64,000 nucleotides of DNA, from the NCBI GenBank assembly GCA_937901145.1, contig CALCHE010000228.1:11709-75708 (forward strand). Direction: 5' to 3'. The DNA comes from an uncultured Clostridia bacterium (GTDB taxonomy: Bacteria > Bacillota > Clostridia > Oscillospirales > Acutalibacteraceae). Below the pieces are notes generated by a model. It did no database searches. It was not told the DNA's origin and was given only the letters and a program-made list of their open reading frames with translations. Made by a program: the position numbers and the translations under genes. Positions 51,589-62,074 of this stretch are shown here, one piece after another (the first letter of the stretch is position 1; every line of letters starts with the position of its first letter).

Positions 51589-53121
51589 TTATTCTACGAT
51601 TGAAACGCCTGTCATTTCTGCGGGCTGTTCAATGTTCATAATCTTGAGCATTGTGGGAGCGATGTCGCAGAGCTTACCGCCTTCACGGAGCTTACAGTCA
51701 TAACCGCATACAACAAAGGGAACAGGGAATGTAGTGTGTGCAGTGAAGGGTGAGCCGTCTTCCTCGTACATTTTGTCAGCGTTACCATGGTCAGCTGTGA
51801 TAAGCATTACGCCATCCATTTTCATAACTGCATCGTAAACCTTGCCTACGCAGGTGTCGACAGCTTCAACTGCAGCCTTAGCAGCGTCAAAAATACCTGT
51901 ATGACCGACCATATCACAGTTAGCAAAGTTAAGGATAATAGCGTCATATTTGCCGCTTCCGATAGCTTCAACTACCTTTTCTGTTACCTCGTAAGCGCTC
52001 ATTTCGGGCTGCATATCATAGGTGGGAACCTTGGGAGAAGCAACGAGGATTCTGTCCTCGCCTTCGTACTGCTTTTCTACACCACCGTTGAAGAAGAAGG
52101 TTACGTGAGCGTACTTTTCTGTTTCGGCGATTCTGAGCTGAGTTTTGCCCATTTTTGCCATATATTCACCAAAGGTATTTTCGAGAGTCTGAGGCTTGAA
52201 TGCTACGTGAACGTTGGGCATTGTAGCGTCATACTGAGTCATACATACATAGTAGAGAGGGAAGAATCCGTTCTTTCTTTCAAAGCCGTCGAAGGCTTCG
52301 TCAACAAAGGTTCTGGTGATTTCTCTGGCTCTGTCGGGACGGAAGTTAAAGAATACAACGCTGTCGTTTGCTTTGATTTTGCCGTCTTCAGTGAGAACTG
52401 TGGGGAGAACGAATTCGTCAGTGAGGTTTTTACCCTCAGCGTCGATGGTTTCGTAGCTTTTTTTGATAGCTTCTACGCCACATTCAGCCTTGATACCCTC
52501 ACCGTAAACCATAGCAGCATAAGCCTTACCTACTCTGTCCCAACGGTTGTCTCTGTCCATAGCATAGTATCTGCCCATTACTGTGGCGATTTTGCCAAGA
52601 CCGATTTCAGCAAGCTTATCGTAAGTTTCTTTAACATAATCTGCACCTGATGCGGGAGGAACGTCACGGCCGTCGAGGAAGCAGTGTACGAATACTTCTT
52701 TGACACCCATCTTCTTAGCAAGCTCGATGATTGCATAAAGGTGTGTGTTATGTGAGTGAACACCGCCATCACTCATCAGACCCATAAGGTGAAGAGCTGA
52801 GCCGTTTTTAACGCAGTTTTCCATGGCACCGCAGAGAGCCTCGTTTTCAAAGAAATCGCCGTCAGCGATTGACTTTGTGATTCTTGTAAGCTCCTGATAA
52901 ACAACACGGCCTGCACCGATGTTGGTGTGACCTACTTCGCTGTTACCCATCTGACCGTCGGGAAGACCAACGTCCATACCTGATGCACCGATGAAGGTCA
53001 TGGGGTTTTCATTCATAATTTTATCAAGATTAGGAGTTTCGGCAGCTACGATAGCATTACCGTATTCGGAAGGATTCTTACCGAAACCGTCCATAATGCA
53101 AAGTAAAACAGGTTTTTTCAT
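51589..53121 (-). CDS. gpmI: 2,3-bisphosphoglycerate-independent phosphoglycerate mutase
   Basis: 510 aa. LCIMDGFG, GNSEVGHTNIGAGR, ITADHGNAD. Confidence 0.97.
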   Translation of the reverse strand: MKKPVLLCIMDGFGKNPSEYGNAIVAAETPNLDKIMNENPMTFIGASGMDVGLPDGQMGNSEVGHTNIGAGRVVYQELTRITKSIADGDFFENEALCGAMENCVKNGSALHLMGLMSDGGVHSHNTHLYAIIELAKKMGVKEVFVHCFLDGRDVPPASGADYVKETYDKLAEIGLGKIATVMGRYYAMDRDNRWDRVGKAYAAMVYGEGIKAECGVEAIKKSYETIDAEGKNLTDEFVLPTVLTEDGKIKANDSVVFFNFRPDRAREITRTFVDEAFDGFERKNGFFPLYYVCMTQYDATMPNVHVAFKPQTLENTFGEYMAKMGKTQLRIAETEKYAHVTFFFNGGVEKQYEGEDRILVASPKVPTYDMQPEMSAYEVTEKVVEAIGSGKYDAIILNFANCDMVGHTGIFDAAKAAVEAVDTCVGKVYDAVMKMDGVMLITADHGNADKMYEEDGSPFTAHTTFPVPFVVCGYDCKLREGGKLCDIAPTMLKIMNIEQPAEMTGVSIVE

Positions 53122-53140
53122 TTGATTTATCCTTTCTTCA

Positions 53141-53167
53141 TCAAAAAGGGGCTCTGTGAGCCCCTTT
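53141..53167 (-). terminator. Hairpin plus U-run between tpiA and gpmI (internal terminator/attenuator)
   Basis: On the reverse strand: AAAGGGGCTC-aca-GAGCCCCTTT followed by TTGATG (TTTTT counting the last stem residues). Confidence 0.6.
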
Positions 53168-53182
53168 AAGTTTTAATAGAAT

Positions 53183-53956
53183 TTATTTCTGCTCGGAAGC
53201 AGCCTTAACGATTACAGAGAAATCTGCAGCCTTAAGTGATGCACCGCCGATGAGACCGCCGTCTACGTTTACCTTTGAAACGAGTTCAGCAGCGTTAGCA
53301 GCGTTCATTGAACCGCCGTACTGGATGGTAACAGTTTCAGCTACATCAGCACCGTAAGCTTCAGCGATAGCAGCACGGACATAACCGTTGCCTTCGTCAG
53401 CCTGGTCAGCAGTAGCAGTAACACCTGTACCGATAGCCCATACGGGTTCGTAAGCGATAACAACGTTTTTAAGCTCTTCAGCAGAAATGTTTGTGAGAGC
53501 CATCTTTGTCTGATACTTGAGGAGAGTTTCGGTATAGCCGAGTTCTCTCTGCTCGAGAGTTTCACCTACACAGATGATGGGCTTGAGGCCTGCCTTGATA
53601 GCAGCAAGAGAGCGAAGGTTTACAGTCTGGTCTGTTTCACCGAAGTACTGTCTTCTTTCGCTATGACCTACTACTACATATTCAACACCTGTTTCCTTGA
53701 GCATATCAGCAGAGATTTCGCCTGTGTATGCACCGGAAGCTTTGAAATGTACGTTTTCAGCACCGATTTTGATGTTTGAACCCTTAGCTGCTTCGATTGC
53801 TGCAGCGATGTCTACGAAGGGAACGCAGAGAACAACTTCACAGTCAGCACCTGCTACGAGAGGCTTCATTTCCTCGATAAGAGCAGTGGTCTGAGAGGGA
53901 GTCATATTCATTTTCCAGTTACCGGCAATTACTGCCTTTCTGAGAGTCTTGTTCAT
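53183..53956 (-). CDS. tpiA: Triose-phosphate isomerase
   Basis: 257 aa. IAGNWKMN, VVGHSERR, AYEPVWAIGTG. Confidence 0.97.
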   Translation of the reverse strand: MNKTLRKAVIAGNWKMNMTPSQTTALIEEMKPLVAGADCEVVLCVPFVDIAAAIEAAKGSNIKIGAENVHFKASGAYTGEISADMLKETGVEYVVVGHSERRQYFGETDQTVNLRSLAAIKAGLKPIICVGETLEQRELGYTETLLKYQTKMALTNISAEELKNVVIAYEPVWAIGTGVTATADQADEGNGYVRAAIAEAYGADVAETVTIQYGGSMNAANAAELVSKVNVDGGLIGGASLKAADFSVIVKAASEQK

Positions 53957-53981
53957 TTTTATTACTCCTTAATTTTTAATC

Positions 53982-55172
53982 TTATTTATCGTTGAGAGCT
54001 ACTACACCGGGAAGATCCTTACCCTCGAGGAATTCGAGAGAAGCACCGCCACCTGTGGAGATGTGGCTCATTTTGTCTGCGAAGCCGAGCTTCTGAACAG
54101 CAGCAGCAGAGTCACCGCCGCCTACGATGGAGATAGCACCGCTGTTTGCGATAGCTGTAGCAACTGCGATAGTACCTGAAGCGAAGTTTTTCCATTCGGA
54201 TACACCCATAGGACCGTTCCAGATTACTGTGCCTGCATCCTTAACAGCTTCTGCAAAGAGAGCTTCAGTTTTGGGACCGATGTCAAGGCCCATCCAACCG
54301 TCGGGGATTTTGTCAGAGTCAACAACCATATTTTCGGTATCCTCTGCATATTCCTTACCAACTCTGTTATCGATGGGGATAAGGAAGTTAACGCCTTTAG
54401 CCTTAGCTGTGTCCATCATTTCCTTAGCCATGTCGATTTTGTCGGTTTCGCAGAGAGAAGTACCTACGGAGTAACCGAGAGCAGCAAAGAATGTATATGC
54501 CATACCGCCGCCTACGATAAGAGTATCAACTGTGTTGAGAAGGTTTGTGATAACGCCGATTTTGTCAGAAACCTTAGCACCGCCGAGGATAGCAACGAGA
54601 GGTCTCTTCGGATTTTCGAGAGCACCGCCGATGTATTCGAGCTCTTTTCTGATAAGGAAGCCGCCGACTGCGGGAAGGTAATCAGCTACACCTGTGGTGG
54701 AGGAGTGAGCTCTGTGAGCGGAACCGAAAGCATCATTTACATAAATTTCTGCAAGAGAAGCAAGAGCTTTGCTGAAATCAGCATCGTTCTTTGTTTCTTC
54801 AGCGTGGAAACGTACGTTTTCGAGAAGAAGAACTTCGCCTTCCTGAAGGTCAGCTGCGAGAGCCTGTGCACTTTCGCCTACAACATCCTTAGCCATTTTA
54901 ACTTCTTTACCGATGAGTTCACCGAGTCTTACAGCTACGGGAGCAAGAGAAAATTCGGGCTTGAATTCACCCTTGGGTCTGCCGAGGTGTGAGCAAAGGA
55001 TAAGCTTTGCGCCTTTTTCGAGAAGGTAGTTGATTGTGGGTAAAGAAGCAACGATTCTCTTGTCACTTGTGATAACACCGTTTTCCATTTTTACGTTGAA
55101 ATCGCAGCGAACAAGGACTTTTTTGCCTTTTACGTCAATGTCTTCAACTGATTTTTTGTTCAATACGTTCAT
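53982..55172 (-). CDS. pgk: Phosphoglycerate kinase
   Basis: Start moved to [27 protein letters not shown] after AAAGGAAAG. About 396 aa. Confidence 0.96.
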   Translation of the reverse strand: MNVLNKKSVEDIDVKGKKVLVRCDFNVKMENGVITSDKRIVASLPTINYLLEKGAKLILCSHLGRPKGEFKPEFSLAPVAVRLGELIGKEVKMAKDVVGESAQALAADLQEGEVLLLENVRFHAEETKNDADFSKALASLAEIYVNDAFGSAHRAHSSTTGVADYLPAVGGFLIRKELEYIGGALENPKRPLVAILGGAKVSDKIGVITNLLNTVDTLIVGGGMAYTFFAALGYSVGTSLCETDKIDMAKEMMDTAKAKGVNFLIPIDNRVGKEYAEDTENMVVDSDKIPDGWMGLDIGPKTEALFAEAVKDAGTVIWNGPMGVSEWKNFASGTIAVATAIANSGAISIVGGGDSAAAVQKLGFADKMSHISTGGGASLEFLEGKDLPGVVALNDK

Positions 55173-55342
55173 TTCTTTCTTTCCTTTCGTATTAAGCGTT
55201 TTATGTATTATCATACCACCGATTATTTTATATCATTAAAGGAATTTTTTCAAGTGTTTACGTTAAAATTAATGAGGCTTTATGCACTTTTTATCATTTT
55301 AAACTCTTTTCCTTTATATGTAGAGTAAAATGTTGTGTAAAA

Positions 55343-55954
55343 TTACTTTGTAGGAACGGTTTCCGTTCGTATTTTAGTCGTGTCACCGTACATTGGTCTG
55401 CTTTCGGGTTTTTCTGTTTCGGGAACATAGTTCAGATATGTGTTATAGATTATAAACTCCGAGCCGAGTGAAGCTGAATGGTACACAAAGTGAAAATTAT
55501 CCTTTGTTTTTGTCAGCTCTCCTTTGTATTCATAGGATTTCTTTTCGTAAAGCTGCATCTGATTTATTATATCTTCCGAAATATTTTCATCGTATCCCGT
55601 AATGGCCTGCACGGATGAAGATACTATCCTGATAAAGATATTTATGTCGTCCGTTGTTACAGGCTTTTCATTTGCATTTTCGTCATATTTGGGCAGATAT
55701 ATTCTGACCTCTCCGATTTTATTGTTTTCTGTTGGTGTAAGCTTAAGCATTACAACTGAATTTTCTGTGTCGAAACAGGTGTAAAAGTAATTATCTTTTT
55801 CTGACTCTCCGATAAAGAAATCCTCAGGGCTAAGCACAGAATATGTAAATCTTTCCGTAAATCCGTACAGATCCATAAATTCTTCTCTGGCGCATCCGCA
55901 CAGAATAGAAAATAATAAAAGTAGTAGGGCGGTTTTCAGAATAATTCTTTTCAT
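55343..55954 (-). CDS. Hypothetical lipoprotein
   Basis: 203 aa. Signal plus lipobox LLFSILCGC. Confidence 0.7.
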   Translation of the reverse strand: MKRIILKTALLLLLFSILCGCAREEFMDLYGFTERFTYSVLSPEDFFIGESEKDNYFYTCFDTENSVVMLKLTPTENNKIGEVRIYLPKYDENANEKPVTTDDINIFIRIVSSSVQAITGYDENISEDIINQMQLYEKKSYEYKGELTKTKDNFHFVYHSASLGSEFIIYNTYLNYVPETEKPESRPMYGDTTKIRTETVPTK

Positions 55955-56044
55955 AAAAATTCATTCTCCATGAAATATTTTAATAATTAATACTCGGTAA
56001 AAGATAAAAAAATACCGCTTCGGTCAGCCGAAGCGGTAAAAAAC

Positions 56045-57940
56045 TTATCTTAATTTGTAAACATTTGCTTCAAAGGGAGCAAGGCTGTCACTGTCAGAAA
56101 GACGGACATTGGTAATAAGCTTATTGAAGCCGTTTGTGGTTATGGGCTTTTTCTGAACTGAGGGAGTTAGATTGATTTCGATAAAGTATGTTCCTTTATC
56201 ACTTATGCGGTAATAGGTAAGAACATTTTTCCATTTTTCTTTTGCGAGCTTGAAGTCGCCGTAAACGAGCGTATCATCGCTGTGACGGAGCTCGATCATT
56301 TTGCGGTAGAAATTAAGGACAGAATCTTTGTCTTTTTCTTCTGTAGCCACATTGATTCTCTTGTACCCGGGAATAACCTCTATCCAGGGAGTGCCCGTGG
56401 TAAAACCTGCATTATCTTCAGAAGTCCAGCACATTGGGGTTCTGCCGTTATCTCGGCTACCTGCTTTGAGAACGCGGTAAACTTCATTTTTGTCTGTGCC
56501 TTTTTCAGTTTCCTGTTTGTAGTAGTTGAGAGTTTCTACATCTCTGAAATCGTCGATGCTTTCGAACTTTGAGTTTGTCATACCGATTTCCTGACCCTGA
56601 TATACGAAGGGAACGCCCTTGAAGGTCATCTGCATAACGGCTAAAAGCTTACTCAGCTCATCTCTGTACATTCCGTCGGGGCATACCTTGCTTGCCATTC
56701 TGGTGGTGTCGTGGTTTTCGAAAAAGACTGTAGGCCAGCAATGGTTTCCGTAATCAAGCTGCCATTTTACCATTTCCTTTGCCATGGGGCGAAGGTCATA
56801 CCTGTACTCGGAAAAACGTTTTTTGCCGGGATTTTCTATATGATCAAATGCGAAAACAACATTAAGCTCCTTGCGGTAATCACCTGTCATAAGCTTACTC
56901 ATTTCGATGCCTGTTCCCTGACATTCACCTACGGTGAAGGCATCATACTTATTGAAGGTGTTTTCAGCCATTTCGTGAAGATATTTATGAAGTCTCGGTC
57001 CGTAGAAATAGTGCTCTACACCCTTAACACCCATCATTGCACCGATAGTATCATTACCGTCAGGAAGGCCGTCTGTCTTGGAAATAAAGCTGATAACGTC
57101 AAGTCTGAAGCCGTCAACACCTTTTTCGAGCCAGCGGTTGACCATTTTATAAAGGTCCTGTCTTAATGCTTCGTTTTCCCAGTTGAAATCCATCTGCTTT
57201 GAGGAGAAGAGGTGTAAAGCCCACTGCTTTCTTTCGGGATAATAATTCCAAGCCTTACCGCTGAAAATGCTTTCCCAGTTATTGGGAGGGGTGTTCTCGT
57301 CTCCGTCACGCCAGATATAGTAGTCCCTGTAAGGAGAATCGGGATCGCTTACAGATGAACGGAACCATTCGTGCTCGTCTGAGCTGTGATTTATAACCAG
57401 GTCCATAATGAGCTTCATATCACGCTTATGCATTTCAGAAAGGAGCTCGTCGAAGTCCTCCATAGTTCCGAACTCTTCCATTATTTTTTCATAGTTTCTG
57501 ATGTCATAGCCGTTGTCATCGTTTGGTGAGTCATATATCGGACTGCACCATATAGCATTTATACCCAGCCCTTTAAGATAGTCGAGTTTTTCGATGATGC
57601 CGCGAAGGTCACCGATACCGTCACCGTTTGAGTCCTTGAAGGAACGGGGATAAATCTGATAAAATACGGATTCCTTCCACCATTTTCTTTCGATGGGAGC
57701 ATCGTCCTCGAGGGGAGTGTCCTGCTCACTGTTAAGGATACCTAAAAGAGAATTGATAAAATCTTCGCTGATTTTACCTCTTGAGAGCTTAATTATTTTT
57801 TCAAGAGTTAACTTGGAAAGAGGACCTTTTCTGAGAAAATCTCCGCTGAGACCTACAGAATAGAGAGCTTTCATAATTATGTCGTGACCTGCGGGAGTAG
57901 CGATAATTTCAGAAATCGGTGTATTTTTGTTTACTAACAT
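56045..57940 (-). CDS. GH13 alpha-glucosidase / oligo-1,6-glucosidase-type enzyme with an N-terminal extension of about 75 aa
   Basis: 631 aa. WWKESVFYQIYPRSF, GDLRGII, DLVINHSS, GFRLDVI, FENHD. The extension precedes the canonical N-terminus. Confidence 0.9.
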   Translation of the reverse strand: MLVNKNTPISEIIATPAGHDIIMKALYSVGLSGDFLRKGPLSKLTLEKIIKLSRGKISEDFINSLLGILNSEQDTPLEDDAPIERKWWKESVFYQIYPRSFKDSNGDGIGDLRGIIEKLDYLKGLGINAIWCSPIYDSPNDDNGYDIRNYEKIMEEFGTMEDFDELLSEMHKRDMKLIMDLVINHSSDEHEWFRSSVSDPDSPYRDYYIWRDGDENTPPNNWESIFSGKAWNYYPERKQWALHLFSSKQMDFNWENEALRQDLYKMVNRWLEKGVDGFRLDVISFISKTDGLPDGNDTIGAMMGVKGVEHYFYGPRLHKYLHEMAENTFNKYDAFTVGECQGTGIEMSKLMTGDYRKELNVVFAFDHIENPGKKRFSEYRYDLRPMAKEMVKWQLDYGNHCWPTVFFENHDTTRMASKVCPDGMYRDELSKLLAVMQMTFKGVPFVYQGQEIGMTNSKFESIDDFRDVETLNYYKQETEKGTDKNEVYRVLKAGSRDNGRTPMCWTSEDNAGFTTGTPWIEVIPGYKRINVATEEKDKDSVLNFYRKMIELRHSDDTLVYGDFKLAKEKWKNVLTYYRISDKGTYFIEINLTPSVQKKPITTNGFNKLITNVRLSDSDSLAPFEANVYKLR

Positions 57941-58076
57941 ATTTTACCTCCAATAATTGTTGTGTTTACATAATAAACTAAATAATGATTTTTTACAATA
58001 GAACGGCTTAATTTATTTGACATTTTCTTTTATACATTGTAAAATTGATTTATAAATTTTATTACGGAGGAAAATT

Positions 58077-58742
58077 ATGGATATAAAAGAAATATTATCA
58101 AAGGTAGATCATACAGTTCTTTCTCAGGGTGCTACATGGGATGACATTAAAAATCTTTGTGATGACGGAATGAGATATTCCTGTGCGAGTGTTTGTATTC
58201 CGCCCTCATATGTAAAAAAAGCAAAAGACTATGTAGGTGATAATCTTAAAATATGTACGGTTATCGGCTTTCCTAACGGTTATAATACTACTGCAGTCAA
58301 ATGCTTCGAAACCGCTTCAGCAGTTAAAGACGGTGCAGATGAAATCGATATGGTTATCAACATCGGTATGCTTAAGGATAAAAGATACGATGATGTTCTC
58401 GAAGAAATAAAATCCGTTAAAAAAGCCTGTGACGGTAAGCTCCTCAAGGTAATCATCGAAACCTGTCTTCTCACTGAGGAAGAAAAGGTCAGAATGTGCA
58501 AAATAGTTTCAGCATCAGGTGCAGATTACATTAAAACCTCTACAGGTTTTTCTACAGGCGGTGCTACCAGAGAGGATATAAAGCTTTTCAGTGAAAATGT
58601 AGAGAACGGACTTCACATAAAAGCAGCAGGCGGAATTTCAAGTATTAAAGATGCAGAAGATATGCTTTCGCTCGGCGCTGACAGACTCGGTACGAGCAGA
58701 ATAGTCAAAATAGTAAAGAATGAACAGGGAAGCGGTTATTAA
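58077..58742 (+). CDS. deoC: Deoxyribose-phosphate aldolase
   Basis: 221 aa. IDHTVL-type N-terminus (VDHTVLSQ), the active-site lysine context ADYIKTSTGF. Confidence 0.95.
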   Translation: MDIKEILSKVDHTVLSQGATWDDIKNLCDDGMRYSCASVCIPPSYVKKAKDYVGDNLKICTVIGFPNGYNTTAVKCFETASAVKDGADEIDMVINIGMLKDKRYDDVLEEIKSVKKACDGKLLKVIIETCLLTEEEKVRMCKIVSASGADYIKTSTGFSTGGATREDIKLFSENVENGLHIKAAGGISSIKDAEDMLSLGADRLGTSRIVKIVKNEQGSGY

Positions 58743-58764
58743 TCATTATTCAGGAGGTAATGTT

Positions 58765-59493
58765 ATGTCAGTTTCTACTCCGCATATTAATCTTAAAGAG
58801 GGGACATCCTTCGCGAAAACAGTTCTTATGCCCGGTGATCCTCTCAGAGCGAAATTTATTGCAGAAAATTTTCTCGAAAACGCTGAACTCATAAATAATG
58901 TCAGAGGTATTCAGGGTTACACAGGCAACTATAATGGGCACAGAGTTTCTGTTATGGCAAGCGGAATGGGTATGCCTTCCATAGGTATTTATTCACACGA
59001 GCTTTATAATTTTTTCGGTGTCGAAAATATTATCCGCGTAGGCTCTGCAGGCGGTCTTTCAGATAAAGTTAAGCTCCGTGATATTGTGGCAGGCATCGGT
59101 GCAAACACAAATTCAAATTTCGGTGCACAGTTTGGTGTAACAGGTACCGTAGCACCTACCTGTTCTTTTGAGCTTCTTACTGCTGCGACTGAAAGTGCCA
59201 AAGAGCTCGGTATAGATATGAAGGTGGGTAATCTTTACTCTTCCGATACCTTTTATGATTTTGACGAAGAATGTAACAGAAAATGGGCGAATGCAGGCTC
59301 TATTGCCGTAGAAATGGAAGCGGCAGCTCTTTATCTTAATGCTATGAGAGCCGGAAAAAGAGCTCTTGCTATCTGCACTATTTCCGATATGCCCTTCACA
59401 GGTGAAGGCTGTACTGCCGAAGAGAGACAGAACACCTTCACGGATATGATGAAGATAGCACTTGAAACCGCAGTCAGAATGGATAAAGAATAA
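58765..59493 (+). CDS. deoD: Purine nucleoside phosphorylase, DeoD type
   Basis: Start moved to MSVSTPHINLKEG after AGGAGG. VLMPGDPLRAKFIAE, VRGIQGYTG, GMGMPS. Confidence 0.95.
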   Translation: MSVSTPHINLKEGTSFAKTVLMPGDPLRAKFIAENFLENAELINNVRGIQGYTGNYNGHRVSVMASGMGMPSIGIYSHELYNFFGVENIIRVGSAGGLSDKVKLRDIVAGIGANTNSNFGAQFGVTGTVAPTCSFELLTAATESAKELGIDMKVGNLYSSDTFYDFDEECNRKWANAGSIAVEMEAAALYLNAMRAGKRALAICTISDMPFTGEGCTAEERQNTFTDMMKIALETAVRMDKE

Positions 59494-59512
59494 TATATTT
59501 TTTGGAGAAACT

Positions 59513-60685
59513 ATGAAAGCAGAACGAATCTTTTTAGTCGTACTCGACAGCGTGGGTATCGGTGAAATGCCCGACTCTCATCTTTACGGTGATGAAGGAA
59601 GCAACACACTTAAGACCTGTTATATGCAGGAAGATTTCAACATTCCGGAGCTTAGAAAAAGCGGACTTTTCAATATTGACGGAATTGATTATGATGAAGG
59701 TGTCTCTTCTCCTGACAGTGCATACGGACGCTTTGCGGAAGCCTCGAAAGGTAAAGACACCACTACGGGTCATTGGGAAATAGCGGGTATAATTTCCGAA
59801 AAGCCTTTTCCGACCTATCCTTACGGTTTTCCTGAGGATGTGCTGCAGAAATTTACCGAGGCTACAGGCAGGGGAGTACTCTGCAATAAGCCTTATTCAG
59901 GCACAAAGGTTATTGAGGACTACGGTAAAGAGCATATTGAAACAGGAAATTTGATTGTTTATACTTCCGCTGACAGCGTTTTTCAGATTGCTGCTCACGA
60001 GGAAAAAGTACCTCTCAGTGAGCTTTATACCTGCTGTGAAAAAGCGAGAGAAATACTCAAGGACGAGCACGCGGTAGGTAGGGTTATAGCGAGACCCTTT
60101 ACAGGTGAATATCCGAATTTTACACGAACACCTAACCGCCACGATTATTCTCTTTTACCTCCGACAGATACGGTTATCGATTTGCTGGAACGAGAGGGCT
60201 TTGCTACGATTCCTATCGGAAAAATTTTTGATATTTTCGCAGGGAAAGGCTTTAAGGAGTCTAATCCTACCAAATCTAATTCCGACGGAATGCGTCTTAC
60301 CTGTGAATATCAGAAAAAGGATTTTAGGGGACTCTGCTTTACTAATTTAGTTGATTTTGATATGTATTACGGGCACCGTAACGATGCAAAGGGTTATGCA
60401 AAGGCTCTTATGGAGTTTGACAGATGGCTCACGGAGTTCAAAAAGAATATGAAAAAGGGCGACGTACTTTTTATCACAGCTGATCACGGCTGTGACCCTG
60501 AAACAGAAAGCACGGATCATTCGAGAGAATATGTACCTCTTCTGGTACACGGAGACGGGATTAAAAGCATTAACCTCGGTACGAGACAAACCTTTGCAGA
60601 TATAGGAAAAACCATAGCTGATTTCTTTGGCGTTGACGGTGAAATAAGCGGAAAAAGCTTTAAAAATGAAATTACGGGAGAATAA
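59513..60685 (+). CDS. deoB: Phosphopentomutase
   Basis: Start moved to MKAERIFLVVLDSVGIGE after GGAGAA. ITADHGCDP. Confidence 0.95.
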   Translation: MKAERIFLVVLDSVGIGEMPDSHLYGDEGSNTLKTCYMQEDFNIPELRKSGLFNIDGIDYDEGVSSPDSAYGRFAEASKGKDTTTGHWEIAGIISEKPFPTYPYGFPEDVLQKFTEATGRGVLCNKPYSGTKVIEDYGKEHIETGNLIVYTSADSVFQIAAHEEKVPLSELYTCCEKAREILKDEHAVGRVIARPFTGEYPNFTRTPNRHDYSLLPPTDTVIDLLEREGFATIPIGKIFDIFAGKGFKESNPTKSNSDGMRLTCEYQKKDFRGLCFTNLVDFDMYYGHRNDAKGYAKALMEFDRWLTEFKKNMKKGDVLFITADHGCDPETESTDHSREYVPLLVHGDGIKSINLGTRQTFADIGKTIADFFGVDGEISGKSFKNEITGE

Positions 60686-60688
60686 AAA

Positions 60689-61096
60689 ATGAAGGACGCA
60701 GAACTTATCTCTTTAGCGAAAAAGGCTGCTGAAAAAGCCTACGTTCCCTATTCGGGATATACGGTAGGTGCGGCACTACTTACAGAAGACGGAAGGGTTT
60801 ATCTCGGCTGTAACATAGAAAATGCAGCCTACGGCCCTACTAACTGTGCAGAAAGAACAGCCTTTTTTAAAGCTGTCAGTGAAGGAGAGAGAAAATTCGT
60901 TGCTATAGCCGTAGTCGGCGGAAAGGATCTCGATTTTAAGGATTATTTTACACCCTGTGGTGTTTGCAGGCAGGTTATGGCTGAATTCTGTGATGAAAGC
61001 TTCCGTGTGCTGGTTGGAAAAAACGGTGACGAATATCTTTCTCTTACTCTCGGAGACATTCTTCCTTATTCTTTTTCGACCGAAAAACTGAAATAA
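60689..61096 (+). CDS. cdd: Cytidine deaminase
   Basis: 135 aa. CAERTA and PCGVCRQ zinc motifs. Confidence 0.96.
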   Translation: MKDAELISLAKKAAEKAYVPYSGYTVGAALLTEDGRVYLGCNIENAAYGPTNCAERTAFFKAVSEGERKFVAIAVVGGKDLDFKDYFTPCGVCRQVMAEFCDESFRVLVGKNGDEYLSLTLGDILPYSFSTEKLK

Positions 61097-61124
61097 TTAA
61101 AGAGGCTTCAAGCCTCTTTTTCTT

Positions 61125-61910
61125 TTATATATAAATTTTATGATGACTTTTAATCTTGTCCATAGCGCTTTTTTCCAGTCTTGATACCTGTGCCTGCGAA
61201 ATGCCTATTTCCTGTGCTACCTCAGTCTGGGTCATTCCGTTCATAAATCTAAGAGAAAGTATTCTCTTTTCTCTTTCACCGAGGTCGTTGATTGATTTTT
61301 TCAGCAAAATCTCATCTATCCAGTTTACATCGCTGTTGCTGTCACCGATCTGATCCATAACGTAAATCGTATCGCCGGCATCGTAATATACAGGCTCATA
61401 AAGAGAAACAGGGTCTACTATTGCTTCGAGAGCGATGACCACATTTTCTCTTTTAACACCTAATTTTTCTGCTATTTCCTCTACGGTGGGCTCTTTCTGG
61501 GTTTCATTGATTATCTGCTCTTTTATCTGCATAGCGTGGTAAGCAGTATCTCTTATTGAGCGACTGACTCTTATGGGATTATAGTCGCGAAGATATCTTC
61601 TGATTTCACCTATAATCATCGGAACACCATAGGTGCTGAATCTGAGATTTAGACTGATATCGAAATTGTCGATGGCTTTAATGAGACCTATGCAGCCGAC
61701 CTGAAACAAATCGTCGATGTTTTCACCTCGGGATGTGAAGCGCTGAATAACGCTCAGAACCAGACGTAGATTTCCGTTTATGAGTTCCTCGCGCGCTCTT
61801 TTATCGCCTGATTTAGCTTTTATCATCAGTTCTTTTATCTCTTTTTCACTTAGTGTTTTAAGTTTTGAGGTGTCTATACCGCATATTTCCACTTTGTTAT
61901 AATAGTTCAA
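61125..61910 (-). CDS. sigG: Sporulation sigma factor SigG
   Basis: 261 aa, TTG start. KVEICGIDTSKL, GNLRLVLSVIQRF, NPIRVSRS, DPVSLYEPVY and ISQAQVSRLEK track B. subtilis SigG rather than SigF. Confidence 0.88.
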   Translation of the reverse strand: MNYYNKVEICGIDTSKLKTLSEKEIKELMIKAKSGDKRAREELINGNLRLVLSVIQRFTSRGENIDDLFQVGCIGLIKAIDNFDISLNLRFSTYGVPMIIGEIRRYLRDYNPIRVSRSIRDTAYHAMQIKEQIINETQKEPTVEEIAEKLGVKRENVVIALEAIVDPVSLYEPVYYDAGDTIYVMDQIGDSNSDVNWIDEILLKKSINDLGEREKRILSLRFMNGMTQTEVAQEIGISQAQVSRLEKSAMDKIKSHHKIYI

Positions 61911-62074
61911 AATCCGTTACCCCCACAAATATCCGTTAAAATAATTATTGACCTGCCGGTATTATTTTAACAGTTACATTTGTTGGAAAAAGTATTTTAT
62001 AAAAAAGAATTTGACGATTTTTGTCAGTTAGTGTATAATTATGATGTCAGATATTAAAGGAGATTATTTGCGGT

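Noticed and set aside
51787-52650. 287-aa ORF on the + strand, and similar long antisense ORFs at 433-1053, 17301-17789, 18255-18929, 25020-25508, 43729-44358, 47429-47875 and 56711-57166.
   Set aside because: Each lies entirely antisense to a gene with unmistakable conserved motifs (gpmI, beta-propeller protein, ABC ATPase, permease, ung, alaS, comEC, GH13). None has an RBS, and their composition is low-complexity or odd. They are shadow ORFs.
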